Positions 26,673 to 36,447 of a DNA stretch of 64,000 bases are shown one piece after another (position 1 is the stretch's first letter; each line of letters opens with the position of its first letter). A program made the translations under genes and the position numbers. A model generated the notes under the pieces. It was not told where the DNA came from, made no database searches, and was given only the letters and a program-made list of their open reading frames with translations. The DNA is from an uncultured Anaerolineaceae bacterium (GTDB lineage: Bacteria; Chloroflexota; Limnocylindria; Limnocylindrales; CSP1-4), in contig CAYRTS010000003.1 of NCBI GenBank assembly GCA_964427285.1, forward strand, positions 13,737 through 77,736. Direction: 5' to 3'.

Positions 26673-27914
26673 TCAGCCGGCCAGGTACTTGGCGGCCACC
26701 TCGGCGAATTGTGCCGCGCGGGCACGCGCGACATCCCCGTCGTCGCGCATGCGCAGACCGAACGGGGCGAGGTTCGCGTCGGACACGCCGATGCCAAAGC
26801 TGATCGAGCGCTCCAACAAGGCGTCCGTACGGGGCAGCATGCCCTGCCGATAGTCGACCGCCTGGTCATTGCTGCAACGACAGTCGAACGGGCAGCCCTT
26901 GCCGGTTACGGTGCGCTTCTCGAGCACGTGCTCCATGTGCGTGTAGACATGCCAGCCGGATTCGGAGAGCGTGATCGACCCGATCTCGGCCGCGATGTCG
27001 TGGGCGATCTCGGCCGTCGGGAGGATGACCACGCAGTGCGTCGCCACGTCGCCATCGGGGTCCGTCAGTTCGCGGAACTCAACACCTGGCAGCGCCGACA
27101 GCGCGGACTTGACGATCGCCTTGTTGGCTCGCAGATGGGTCCGAATCATGTCCAGCCTTCTGAGCTGGGCCAGCAGGACCGCGCCGGACAGTTCCGTCAT
27201 CCGAAAGTTCATGCCAAGGAACGGGCGCGTCGCGTACTTCGAACCGAGGCGGTCCGGCGCATGGCCCTGGTCGTGCATCGCGAAGCAGCGGCCATACAGG
27301 CTCTCGTCATCGGTGACGATCATGCCGCCGTCGCCGCAGGTGATCGTCTTGTACTCGTTGAAGCTGAACGCCCCGATCGTCCCGATGCCACCGACGCCGC
27401 GTCCACCGTACGATGCACCGAAGGCCTGTGCGCAGTCCTCGACGAGGGCGATCCCGTGCCGATCCGCGACCGCCTTCAACTCGTTCAGCCGAGCTGGGGC
27501 GCCGAGCATGTGCACGACGATGATCGCCTTGGTCCGCGATGTGATCCGGGCTTCCACGTCGACCGGGTCCAGGTTGAACGTCCGGTCGATCTCGGCGAAG
27601 ACCGGGACGGCGCGGGCGTAGACCACGGCCGAGATCGTGGCCACGAACGTGAACCCGGGCACGATGACCTCGTCGCCGGGGCCGATGCCAAGACCCAGCA
27701 GCGCGAGCCACAGGCCACCCGACCCGCCGGCGCTGAGCCCGAGACCGTATCGGACGCCTGCGAGTGCGGCGACCTGTTGCTCCACCCGGCGACATTTCGC
27801 ACCAAAGGCAGGGTCGTCCGACGGCCCGTACCGGCTCAGGTACCGACTCGTCAAGACCTCGAGGACTTCGGCGATCTCGTCGTCGCCGATCAGCTCCACA
27901 CCAGGCCCGGGCAT
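26673..27914 (-). CDS. DegT/DnrJ/EryC1/StrS family PLP aminotransferase (copy 1)
   Basis: Trimmed to the ATG at 27914. Motifs: VIVPGFTFVATISAV, LVEDCAQAFGA, and the PLP-lysine context FSFNEYKTITCGDGGMIV. The C-terminal extension carries GCPFDCRC. Confidence 0.85.
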   Translation of the reverse strand: MPGPGVELIGDDEIAEVLEVLTSRYLSRYGPSDDPAFGAKCRRVEQQVAALAGVRYGLGLSAGGSGGLWLALLGLGIGPGDEVIVPGFTFVATISAVVYARAVPVFAEIDRTFNLDPVDVEARITSRTKAIIVVHMLGAPARLNELKAVADRHGIALVEDCAQAFGASYGGRGVGGIGTIGAFSFNEYKTITCGDGGMIVTDDESLYGRCFAMHDQGHAPDRLGSKYATRPFLGMNFRMTELSGAVLLAQLRRLDMIRTHLRANKAIVKSALSALPGVEFRELTDPDGDVATHCVVILPTAEIAHDIAAEIGSITLSESGWHVYTHMEHVLEKRTVTGKGCPFDCRCSNDQAVDYRQGMLPRTDALLERSISFGIGVSDANLAPFGLRMRDDGDVARARAAQFAEVAAKYLAG

Positions 27915-27930
27915 GCGCGCCTCCAATCTG

Positions 27931-27944
27931 TGCAAGCGATTGCA
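27931..27944. promoter_or_regulatory. LacI-type operator (site a)
   Basis: TGCAAGCGATTGCA (reverse TGCAATCGCTTGCA) lies in the divergent region between aminotransferase copy 1 and the iolE-like gene. It has the classic TGnAAnCGnTTnCA palindrome architecture. Confidence 0.6.
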
Positions 27945-28041
27945 TAGCACCGTATCAGTCCGATATCATGAGCGTCAACCCAGCCGTCGCCGACGTGCCA
28001 GCGGGCCGTGCGACGCATCAGGAGTGAGCTGAGGAGATCGT

Positions 28042-28932
28042 GTGACCGACCTGCTCGAACGCGTCGCAGGGGCGCCGATCACATGGGGCGTGGACGAATC
28101 GCCTGGCTGGGGCCACCTCATGGGCCGGGATCGAGTCCTGGCCGAGATGTCGGCATCCGGGCTGATGGCCACGGAGCTCGGTCCCGACGGCTACCTGCCG
28201 TCAGACCCGGGCGAATTGCGCGACTACCTGGCCCGCTATGACATGAGCATCGTCGGCGGCTTCGTGCCCGCGCTGCTGTACCGGCCCGACCGGCTGGAGG
28301 CCGAGCTCGAATACGTGGTCCGGGCATCGCGGCAGCTTGCCGCCACGGGGTCGAAGGTGCTCGTGCTTGGGCCCTCCTCCCACCACGACGGGTATGACAC
28401 GCGCATCGAGATGGGCGACGACGAGTGGGCGATCTTTCTGGCCAACCTCCGACGCGTCGAGGAGATCGCCGACGACGCCGGGCTCAAGACGGCCCTGCAT
28501 CCACATTGGGCCATGGCGATCGAGGACGGCAGCGACGTCGAGCGGCTGCTGGACGCGTCCGATGTGGGGCTGTGCATCGACACCGGACATCTGTACCTTG
28601 CCGGGACCGACCCGGTCGATGTGGCCCGGATGGCGACCGGCCGGGTGTTGCACGTGCACCTCAAGGATGTCGATCGCGCCCTGGCCGAGCGCGTGCGCAA
28701 CGGCGAGGTCCTCTTCAGGCAGGCGGTGATCGATGGGCTGTTCACGCCCCTTGGCGCGGGAGGGGTGGATATCGGAGGCGTGATCCGGACCCTCGAGCGT
28801 GACGGCTTCCGCGGCTGGTACGTCCTCGAACACGACGTCGTGCTGGGCGCCGAGCCGGCAGCGGGCGCCGGTCCGCTGGTGGACGCGGTCGAGAGCGTCG
28901 CGTTCCTGCGCCAGCTGGCCGCGACCCTCTGA
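28042..28932 (+). CDS. IolE-like inosose dehydratase / sugar phosphate isomerase-epimerase TIM barrel
   Basis: GTG at 28042 follows GAGGAG. Motifs: APITWGVDESPGWG at the N-terminus, LHPHW, IDTGHL and HVHLKD. Confidence 0.65.
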   Translation: MTDLLERVAGAPITWGVDESPGWGHLMGRDRVLAEMSASGLMATELGPDGYLPSDPGELRDYLARYDMSIVGGFVPALLYRPDRLEAELEYVVRASRQLAATGSKVLVLGPSSHHDGYDTRIEMGDDEWAIFLANLRRVEEIADDAGLKTALHPHWAMAIEDGSDVERLLDASDVGLCIDTGHLYLAGTDPVDVARMATGRVLHVHLKDVDRALAERVRNGEVLFRQAVIDGLFTPLGAGGVDIGGVIRTLERDGFRGWYVLEHDVVLGAEPAAGAGPLVDAVESVAFLRQLAATL

Positions 28933-28945
28933 GCGGCCGTCGGTC

Positions 28946-29836
28946 GTGAAGGGGCAGCAGGTCGAGTGCGTGGTCCCGGCGCGAGCCGCGCTCGGGGAGT
29001 GCCCATTGTGGAGCGATCTCGAGGCGTGCCTCTACTGGGTCGACATCGATGGTCGGGCCATTCACCGCTACGACCCAACGACGGGCGTCGATGAGCAACG
29101 AACGGTCCCGGGGCGCCCGGGGTCGATCGCCTTGACGGCGGAAGCCGGCAGCCTCCTCGTCGCGATCGAGCACGCCCTGGGGTTCTTCGACTGGAAATCG
29201 GGGTCATACGATCAGTGGATCGGCCTCGAGCCTCCGGGCACGGGGAACAGGCTCAACGATGGGCACTGCGACCGGGCCGGGCGGTTCTGGGTGGGGAGCA
29301 TGTTCGATCCCGCGTCCGCGGGCCGGTTCACAGGGTCCCTCCATCGGGTGGATGCCAATGGAGAGGTCGCGACCGTGCGATCCGGGGTCGGCGTGGCCAA
29401 TGGCCTCGCCTTCTCGCCAGATGGCACCACGATGTACTTCGCGGATACGCTGCTGGACACCGTGTGGGCGTTCGACTACGACCTGGCTTCCGGGGAGGCG
29501 TCCAACGAACGCGTGTTCCTCGACTTCGCCGATCTCCCCGGCCGACCCGACGGGGCGTGTGTCGACGCGGACGGCTGCTACTGGATCGCGTGCGCCTATG
29601 GCTGGGCCGTGCTCCGGATCACGCCGAAGGGCGAGATCGATCGCCGGATCGACCTCCCGGTCGAGATCCCGACCATGCCCGCGTTCGGCGGCCCGGACAT
29701 GTCCACATTGTTCATCACCTCGATCGGGGAGCGGGCCTCGCGGCCGAGCGCTCCGGGCCAGCGCGATGCGGGCGGCCTCTTTGCGATCGAGACCGGCGTG
29801 CGTGGCCTGGTCGAGCCGCGCTTCGGTGTCACCTGA
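28946..29836 (+). CDS. SMP-30/gluconolactonase/LRE family protein
   Basis: Trimmed to the GTG at 28946. Motifs: ECPLWSDLEACLYWVDI, NDGHCDRAGRFWVG and NGLAFSPDG. Confidence 0.8.
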   Translation: MKGQQVECVVPARAALGECPLWSDLEACLYWVDIDGRAIHRYDPTTGVDEQRTVPGRPGSIALTAEAGSLLVAIEHALGFFDWKSGSYDQWIGLEPPGTGNRLNDGHCDRAGRFWVGSMFDPASAGRFTGSLHRVDANGEVATVRSGVGVANGLAFSPDGTTMYFADTLLDTVWAFDYDLASGEASNERVFLDFADLPGRPDGACVDADGCYWIACAYGWAVLRITPKGEIDRRIDLPVEIPTMPAFGGPDMSTLFITSIGERASRPSAPGQRDAGGLFAIETGVRGLVEPRFGVT

Positions 29837-29855
29837 TGACTCGGAGGGCCCCCGC

Positions 29856-30821
29856 ATGACGTCCAGCGAGCTGCCGCGGGTGTGGTTCGAACGCGTGATC
29901 CCGCCCGGGCTCGCGGGAGAGGTCGCCGCCGTCGCGATCGTGCTCGGTCCATCCACGGCCGACGACCCGTTCGCGGGCCTGGCGAGCGCCCGGGCCGCGG
30001 TCGCCTCGAACCTGCGCTACGACGCGGGGCTGATGGACCACGCCCCAAACCTGCGGGTCATCGCCCGGACAGGCATCGGCTACGACCTGGTCGACGTGGC
30101 CGAGGCCACCCGGCGCGGGATCGCGGTCTGCAACACGCCCGATGGGCCAACGATTTCGACCGCCGAGCACACGGTCGCCCTGATCCTGATGGTCGCCAAG
30201 AACGTCAAACGGGCCGAATCGGAGCTCCGCGCAGGCATCGGCGGCTACTACGCCAGACACGCTGCGATCGAGCTGGATGGCAAGGTGCTGGGTCTCGTCG
30301 GGTTCGGTCGTATCGCGCGTCGCGTGGCCTCGGTCTGTGACGGCCTTGGGATGCGTGTGATGGCTTTTGACCCGTTGCTGCCCACCAGCGCCTTTCCGCC
30401 CGGGGTGGTTCGTGCTGAGTCCCTGGAGCAGCTCCTCAGCGAGGCCGACGTCGTGTCGGTCCACGTGCCGCTGGTCGACGATACTCGCGCCATGTTCGGG
30501 GAGGTCGCGTTCAGCCAGATGAAGGCGGGAGCCGTGTTCGTCAACGCCGCGCGCGGTGGGCTCGTCGACGGGGACGCGCTGCTCGCGGCACTCGATGCGG
30601 GCCGACTCTTCGGTGCCGGTCTGGACGTCACCGACCCCGAGCCGCTGCCGGCCGACCACCCGCTTCTGCAGCGCGATGATGTCGTGGTCACGCCGCATGT
30701 CGCGTCGGCGACAGCGGACGGCAGGGTGCGCATCTTCCGGGCCGCACTCGAGCAGGTCATCGATGGTTTGGCGGGGCGCCGTCCGGCCCATCTCGTCAAT
30801 CCCGAGGTCTGGGACCGATGA
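29856..30821 (+). CDS. D-isomer-specific 2-hydroxyacid dehydrogenase family protein
   Basis: Trimmed to the ATG at 29856. NAD fold LGLVGFGRIARRVA, plus NAARGGLVD and VVVTPHVAS (catalytic His). Confidence 0.85.
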   Translation: MTSSELPRVWFERVIPPGLAGEVAAVAIVLGPSTADDPFAGLASARAAVASNLRYDAGLMDHAPNLRVIARTGIGYDLVDVAEATRRGIAVCNTPDGPTISTAEHTVALILMVAKNVKRAESELRAGIGGYYARHAAIELDGKVLGLVGFGRIARRVASVCDGLGMRVMAFDPLLPTSAFPPGVVRAESLEQLLSEADVVSVHVPLVDDTRAMFGEVAFSQMKAGAVFVNAARGGLVDGDALLAALDAGRLFGAGLDVTDPEPLPADHPLLQRDDVVVTPHVASATADGRVRIFRAALEQVIDGLAGRRPAHLVNPEVWDR

Positions 30822-31993
30822 CGACATCGATCGGGATCGGGGTGGTCGGCTTTGGCTGGATGGGCCAGGCCCACGCGCGTGCGTACCGGAACATACCCGT
30901 GTACTTCCCGGAGAGTGGCCTGAGGCCACGGCTCGTCGCCGTCGCCGACAATGTCCCCGCCCGTGTCGCACTGGCCACGGAGAACTTCGGTTTCGCCAGC
31001 GGGGTGGCCGACTGGCGGGATCTGCTCGATCGCGACGACATCGACGTCATCGACATCACCGCCCCCAACGCCCTCCACCGGGAGATCGCCGTTGCCGCCG
31101 CGGCGGCGGGCAAGCCGATCGCCTGTGAGAAGCCGGTCGGGATCGACCCAGCCGACACGGCCGTCATGGAACGGGCCGCCCGCACGGCCGGAGTCATCAC
31201 CGGCTGCGGCTACAACTACCGCTGGGCGCCGCTCGTGCAATACACCCGCCAGCTCATCAGGGAGGGGCGCCTCGGCGAGCTGACACACTACCGGGGTCGA
31301 TTTTTCTCGATGTACGGACGCGACCGGCTCGGCGTGCTGTCATGGCGCTACCTCCAGGAGGAGGCCGGCTATGGCGTGTTGAGCGACATCATGTCCCACA
31401 CCATCGACATGGCGCAGCACCTCGCCGGCCCGATCGCCCGCGTCGTTGCGGTCCGGCATACCTTCGTCAGGGAGCGCCCACTCCCCCGGGCCGGAACCAC
31501 CACGCACTATGCTCGCGGCGCGGTGGGCGACCCAACCGGCCGGGTGACCAACGAGGACTACGTGGGTGCGCTGGTCGAGTTCGAAAACGGTGCTCGTGGC
31601 ACGCTCGAATCGGATCGCTCGATCTTCGGACCGCAGAGCTCGATGGCGTTCGAGTTGAACGGCTCGAAGGGTGCCGCATCCTGGGATCACGAGAAACTGA
31701 ACCAGCTCCAGCTGTACCTCCCCGAGGAACAGCCCAACGACGGATTTCTCGAGGTCCTCGCGGGCGACGCGTTCCCGCATCACGGCAACATCGTTCCGGG
31801 GTCCGGCAATTCGATCGGCTTTGAGGACCTCAAGACGATCGAAGCGTTCGAGTTCCTCAAGTCGGTGGCCGCGGGACGTCAGCACAGCCCCGGCTTCGGC
31901 GATGCCCTGGCAAACGCGTCCGTCGCCGCGGCGATGATCCGCTCCTGGGCATCGGAACGCTGGGAAGACGTCGTCAGCCTGCGCATCGACTAA
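30818..31993 (+). CDS. Gfo/Idh/MocA family oxidoreductase
   Basis: IGIGVVGFGWMGQAH and IACEKPVG motifs. ATGA overlap with the upstream gene. Confidence 0.85.
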   Translation: MTTSIGIGVVGFGWMGQAHARAYRNIPVYFPESGLRPRLVAVADNVPARVALATENFGFASGVADWRDLLDRDDIDVIDITAPNALHREIAVAAAAAGKPIACEKPVGIDPADTAVMERAARTAGVITGCGYNYRWAPLVQYTRQLIREGRLGELTHYRGRFFSMYGRDRLGVLSWRYLQEEAGYGVLSDIMSHTIDMAQHLAGPIARVVAVRHTFVRERPLPRAGTTTHYARGAVGDPTGRVTNEDYVGALVEFENGARGTLESDRSIFGPQSSMAFELNGSKGAASWDHEKLNQLQLYLPEEQPNDGFLEVLAGDAFPHHGNIVPGSGNSIGFEDLKTIEAFEFLKSVAAGRQHSPGFGDALANASVAAAMIRSWASERWEDVVSLRID

Positions 31994-32004
31994 CGAGGGC
32001 ACCC

Positions 32005-32775
32005 ATGCTCACGAACACGACCAAGGCGAAACTGGCCCAGGGCAAACCCGTCTTCGGCTGTTTCGTGCGCTACGCCGAGCCGTCCCTCGCCGAGTACGTG
32101 GCCATGCTGGGCTGGGACTTCCTCGTCTTCGATGGCGAGCATGGGACGCTGCAACCGCGCGACCTCGAGGATCTGTGCCGGGCGTGTGAGCTGCGGGATG
32201 TGACGCCGATCGCGCGGGTCACCACGAACCAGCCGCACACGATCCTGCGCTTCATGGACAGCGGGATGCACGGAGTCCACGTCCCGTGGGTCAACACTCC
32301 CGAAGCGGTCGAGGAGGCGGTTCGCTCTGTCAAATACTCGCCGCGCGGTGCCCGCGGGCTGGCCGGGACGCGGGCGTCGGAGTGGGGCATCCGTGAAGGG
32401 TTGGATGCCTATGTGGAGCGCGCCAACCGCGAGACGATGGTCATCGTCCATATCGAGACCCGGGAGGCCGTCGACGCCATCGAGCAGTACGTTGCGATTG
32501 ATGGGGTCGACGTCCTGTTCCTCGGGCCGACCGACCTGTCGCAGTCGCTGGGGTATCCCGGCAAACCGGGCCACCCCGATGTCGTCGCGGCCATGGAGCG
32601 CGTCGCGGAGGTCGTGGTGCCGTCTGACAAGGTGCTCGGGATCTACGCGGGGAGCGCCGCGATGACCCAGGAGTGGCTCGCGCGCGGAGCCCGCTATTTC
32701 ACGACCGGACTGGAGATGTTCCTCAAGGAGGGCATGACGGCCCACCTGGAGCGGGTGCGAGGTGACCAGCGATGA
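32005..32775 (+). CDS. HpcH/HpaI family (class II, pyruvate-type) aldolase
   Basis: 256 aa. Motifs: FDGEHG, VRVTTNQP and GVDVLFLGPTDLSQSLG. Confidence 0.8.
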   Translation: MLTNTTKAKLAQGKPVFGCFVRYAEPSLAEYVAMLGWDFLVFDGEHGTLQPRDLEDLCRACELRDVTPIARVTTNQPHTILRFMDSGMHGVHVPWVNTPEAVEEAVRSVKYSPRGARGLAGTRASEWGIREGLDAYVERANRETMVIVHIETREAVDAIEQYVAIDGVDVLFLGPTDLSQSLGYPGKPGHPDVVAAMERVAEVVVPSDKVLGIYAGSAAMTQEWLARGARYFTTGLEMFLKEGMTAHLERVRGDQR

Positions 32776-34628
32776 AGACGATCCGACTGACCACGGCACA
32801 GGCCATCGTTCGCTGGCTCCTTGCACAGCGCACGGTCGTGGACGGCGATGAGGTGACCGTGTTCGCGGGCGTATTCGCCATCTTCGGACACGGCAACGTG
32901 ACGAGTCTTGGCGAAGCCCTCGAACCCGTCCAGGACAGGTTGCCGACGTGGCGCGGCCACAACGAGCAGTCGATGGCGCTGGCGGCCGTCGCCTATGCCA
33001 AGGCGATGCGCGGGCGCCGGATCATGATCGCCACGACGTCGGTCGGGCCAGGGTCGACGAACCTCGTGACCGCCGCCGCCGCCGCGCATGCCAACCGGCT
33101 GCCCGTCCTGCTCCTGTCGGGCGACACGTTCCAGCACCGGATCGTCGATCCCGTCCTTCAGCAGGTCGAGCATTTCGACGACCCCACGATCACGGTCGCC
33201 GATGCCTTCAAACCCGTCACCCGCTACTGGGATCGGATCACCCGCCCGGAGCAGATCGTCCGGTCGTTGCCGCAGGCCCTCGCGGTCATGCTTGATCCGG
33301 CGACGCGTGGGCCGGCGTTCTTCGCGCTGCCCCAGGATATCGGGGCGGAGGCCTACGACTATCCGGTCGCCTTCTTCGAGCCGAAGATCCACTACATCCG
33401 CCGCCCCGGGCCTGACCCACGCGATGTGGAGGCGGCCGTGACCCTGCTGCGAGGTGCTAAGCGGCCCCTGATCATCGCCGGCGGCGGGGTCCACTACTCG
33501 GGAGCCGTCGATGTCGTACGGGCCTTCGCCGAGAAGCATCGGATCCCGGTCGTTGAGACCGTCGCCGGGAAGGCGACGCTCCTCCACGACCACCCGAATT
33601 ACGCGGGCCCGATCGGGGTGACCGGAGCCAAGGCCGCCAACGCCGTCGCCGGGCGGGCCGATGTCGTCGTCGCCGTCGGGACCCGACTGCAGGACTTCAC
33701 CACTGGCTCCTGGGCGTTGTTCAGGGATCCCAATGTCCGCTTCGTGTCGGTCAACACGGCCAGTTGGGACGCGCACAAGCAGGCGGCCCAGCCGGTGATC
33801 GGCGACGCGAAGGTCTCGCTCGAGGCGCTCGATGCCGCGCTCGACGCCGCCCTCGGAGAGCCGATCGGCTCGACGGACTGGCTGGCCTTCGCGCAGGCGC
33901 AGATCGCCGACTGGCACGGCTATCTCGACTCGTGGAAGGGGCGCGTGCACGACGGTCCCCCGGCCTACGCGGAGGTGATCCAGGTCATCAACGAGATCTG
34001 TGCCGACGACGACTATTGCCTGTCCGCGGCGGGTGGCCTGCCTGGCGAACTGGCCATGGGCTGGCGCTCGAAGTCGGTTGGCTCGTTCGATTCGGAGTAC
34101 GGCTACTCGACGATGGGCTACGAGATCGCCGGCGCCTGGGGCGCCAGGCTCGCCCGCGGCGGAGGCGAAGTCATCGCGTGGGTGGGCGACGGCTCGTACC
34201 TGATGATGAACTCGGACATTTATTCGACGGTGATGACCGGCCACAAGGTCATCTTCCTCGTCTGCGACAACGGCGGGTACGCGGTCATCAACCGTCTCCA
34301 GGTGAACGCGGGCGGCGCCGAATTCAACAACCAGCTGGCCACGACCCGTCACGAGCGGTACCTCCAGGTCGACTTCGTGGCGCACGCCCAGGCGATGGGC
34401 GCCATCGCCGAGCGAGTCGAGGGCGTCGCGGACCTCCCGGCGGCCTTTGCGCGGGCCAAGTCCGCGGACCGCAGCTACGTGATCGTCATGCCCATCGACC
34501 CGTATGCCTGGACCGACGGCGGTGCCTGGTGGGAGATCGGCGTGCCCGAGGTCAGCGAGCGGGCAGCGGTGCGCGCGGCACGGGCGCAGTGGGAAGCCGA
34601 CAAGCAGCATCAGCGCGTCGGCGTCTGA
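32772..34628 (+). CDS. iolD: 3D-(3,5/4)-trihydroxycyclohexane-1,2-dione acylhydrolase (TPP enzyme)
   Basis: The N-terminus MKTIRLTTAQAIVRWLLAQ...FAIFGHGNVTSLGEAL and the TPP motif GDGSYLMMNSD are typical of IolD. ATGA overlap with the aldolase gene. Confidence 0.85.
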   Translation: MKTIRLTTAQAIVRWLLAQRTVVDGDEVTVFAGVFAIFGHGNVTSLGEALEPVQDRLPTWRGHNEQSMALAAVAYAKAMRGRRIMIATTSVGPGSTNLVTAAAAAHANRLPVLLLSGDTFQHRIVDPVLQQVEHFDDPTITVADAFKPVTRYWDRITRPEQIVRSLPQALAVMLDPATRGPAFFALPQDIGAEAYDYPVAFFEPKIHYIRRPGPDPRDVEAAVTLLRGAKRPLIIAGGGVHYSGAVDVVRAFAEKHRIPVVETVAGKATLLHDHPNYAGPIGVTGAKAANAVAGRADVVVAVGTRLQDFTTGSWALFRDPNVRFVSVNTASWDAHKQAAQPVIGDAKVSLEALDAALDAALGEPIGSTDWLAFAQAQIADWHGYLDSWKGRVHDGPPAYAEVIQVINEICADDDYCLSAAGGLPGELAMGWRSKSVGSFDSEYGYSTMGYEIAGAWGARLARGGGEVIAWVGDGSYLMMNSDIYSTVMTGHKVIFLVCDNGGYAVINRLQVNAGGAEFNNQLATTRHERYLQVDFVAHAQAMGAIAERVEGVADLPAAFARAKSADRSYVIVMPIDPYAWTDGGAWWEIGVPEVSERAAVRAARAQWEADKQHQRVGV

Positions 34629-34631
34629 GTC

Positions 34632-35417
34632 ATGGCTGACCTGGACGGCAAGGTCGCCATCGTCGTCGGGGCCGCGTCCTATCTCGGGGCGGCCATCACC
34701 GCGGCCCTCCTCGCCGACGGCGCCAAGGCGGTCCTCGCCGACCGCGATACCAGCGACCCGGACGAGCTCATGGCGCGGTTCGGCGCCGACGCCATGTTCG
34801 TGCCGACCGACGTCACCGACGACGCTGACCTTGAGCGGCTGGTCCGGACCACGGTGGATCGCCACGGCCGGATCGACATCCTCGTCTTCGCGGTCGCGAT
34901 CTTCGATGACGACCTGCTCGAGTCATCCCGGCAGCTCTGGCGACGGGTGCTCGATACCAACCTGGTGTCGGCGGCCCTGCTGACCCAGGCGACCGCCGCG
35001 CACATGACTGCCGGCGGCGCGATCGTGTACATCGCATCGGTCAGCGGCACCTTCTCGCAGCCGAACCACGTGGTCTACAACGTCGGCAAGGCCGGACTGC
35101 TCATGCTCGTCAAGACGGCCGCCCAGCAGCTGGCTCCGCGCGGCATCCGGGTCAACGCGGTTTCGCCGGGATGGATGTGGAGCCGGAACATCGAGCGCCG
35201 GTACGGGACGCGTGAGCGGGCCGATGCGCTCGGCGCCGAGTTCCATCCCCTCGGCCGGATCGCGGACCCCGAGGAAGTGGCCGAAGCGGTCCGCTTCCTC
35301 GTGTCCGATCGGGCCTCGTTCGTGACGGGGACCGAGCTGCTCGTCGACGGCGGCTTTTCAGCGATCGGGCCGCTCGCCCTCGGTCAGGCCTTCGAGAAGA
35401 TCCGCACCATCTCGTAG
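34632..35417 (+). CDS. SDR family oxidoreductase
   Basis: Cofactor motif VVGAASYLGAAI and catalytic YNVGKAG. Confidence 0.85.
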   Translation: MADLDGKVAIVVGAASYLGAAITAALLADGAKAVLADRDTSDPDELMARFGADAMFVPTDVTDDADLERLVRTTVDRHGRIDILVFAVAIFDDDLLESSRQLWRRVLDTNLVSAALLTQATAAHMTAGGAIVYIASVSGTFSQPNHVVYNVGKAGLLMLVKTAAQQLAPRGIRVNAVSPGWMWSRNIERRYGTRERADALGAEFHPLGRIADPEEVAEAVRFLVSDRASFVTGTELLVDGGFSAIGPLALGQAFEKIRTIS

Positions 35418-35427
35418 CGCGACGAAG

Positions 35428-36447
35428 TTACTCGGAGCCGGGCGTGATGACCACCTTGGTGGCGGCGCCGGAGCGCAGCAGGTCGAGGCCCTCGGCCAGC
35501 CGCTCAAGCGGCAGCACGTGGGTCACGATCGGCGCGAGGGTCAGGACGCCCTGCTCCACCATCCGGATCGCCTGCGGGAACGTGAAGTTCGTGATGTAGG
35601 TGCCCATGACCGTCAGCGATCGGGCCGTGATGGAGTACTGGTGGATGGGCGGACTCACGTTGGCGTTCTGGCCGAACAGGACGATCCGCCCGCCCAGGGC
35701 CGCCGCCTCGACGGCCGTTCCAAATTGCGTCCCAACCGCGTCAACGACGATGTCGGCACCGCCGGGCAGGATTTCCTCGCGGGTGGCGGCGAACACATCC
35801 GGCGCGACGGCACGACTCGCCCCGACGGCCTCGGCGACCGCTCGCCGGGCCTCCGTCGGCTCGACGACGATGATCGGCGACGCACCGGCGGCCCGGAAGA
35901 CGGCGACGAACAGACAGCCGATCGCCCCGGCCCCGAAGATGACCGCCGATTCACCCGGCCGCGGGTTCGCCCGGTTGGCTCCGTTGACGACGCAGGCAAG
36001 GGGCTCGATCAGAGCCGCCACCTCGGACGTCGCCGCCTCTCCAAATGGGAAGACCGCACGCGCCGGGGCCTTCGCGAACCGGGCCAGGGCGCCGTTCCGG
36101 AAAATGCCGAGTGCACGGACGTTCTCGCAGTTGGCGGGTCGTCCCGCCCGGCAGTAGCGACAGAAGCCGCACGTCGCGTCCGGATCGACCGCGACCCGCT
36201 GCCCGATCGAGAGGCCGCTGGCCCGCGCGCCTTCGCCGAGGCCAGTGATGTGGCCGATGAACTCGTGGCCCATGACCACGCCGGGGTCGGCCGGGTGGCC
36301 GGGCGGCACGTTCAGGATCTGGAGATCCGTGCCGCAGATGCCACACGCCTCGACCTCGATGATCACATCGTCGGGCGCCTCGAGGAGAGGCTCCGCAACG
36401 TCCTCAAGGCGCACGACGCCCTGGCCCGCAAAGACTGCAGCACGCAT
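35428..36447 (-). CDS. Zinc-dependent (MDR) alcohol/polyol dehydrogenase
   Basis: Trimmed to the ATG at 36447. Motifs: CGICGTDLQ, GHEFIG, CGFCRYCRAG (structural Zn) and GAGAIG. The start overlaps the permease stop (ATGA). Confidence 0.85.
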   Translation of the reverse strand: MRAAVFAGQGVVRLEDVAEPLLEAPDDVIIEVEACGICGTDLQILNVPPGHPADPGVVMGHEFIGHITGLGEGARASGLSIGQRVAVDPDATCGFCRYCRAGRPANCENVRALGIFRNGALARFAKAPARAVFPFGEAATSEVAALIEPLACVVNGANRANPRPGESAVIFGAGAIGCLFVAVFRAAGASPIIVVEPTEARRAVAEAVGASRAVAPDVFAATREEILPGGADIVVDAVGTQFGTAVEAAALGGRIVLFGQNANVSPPIHQYSITARSLTVMGTYITNFTFPQAIRMVEQGVLTLAPIVTHVLPLERLAEGLDLLRSGAATKVVITPGSE

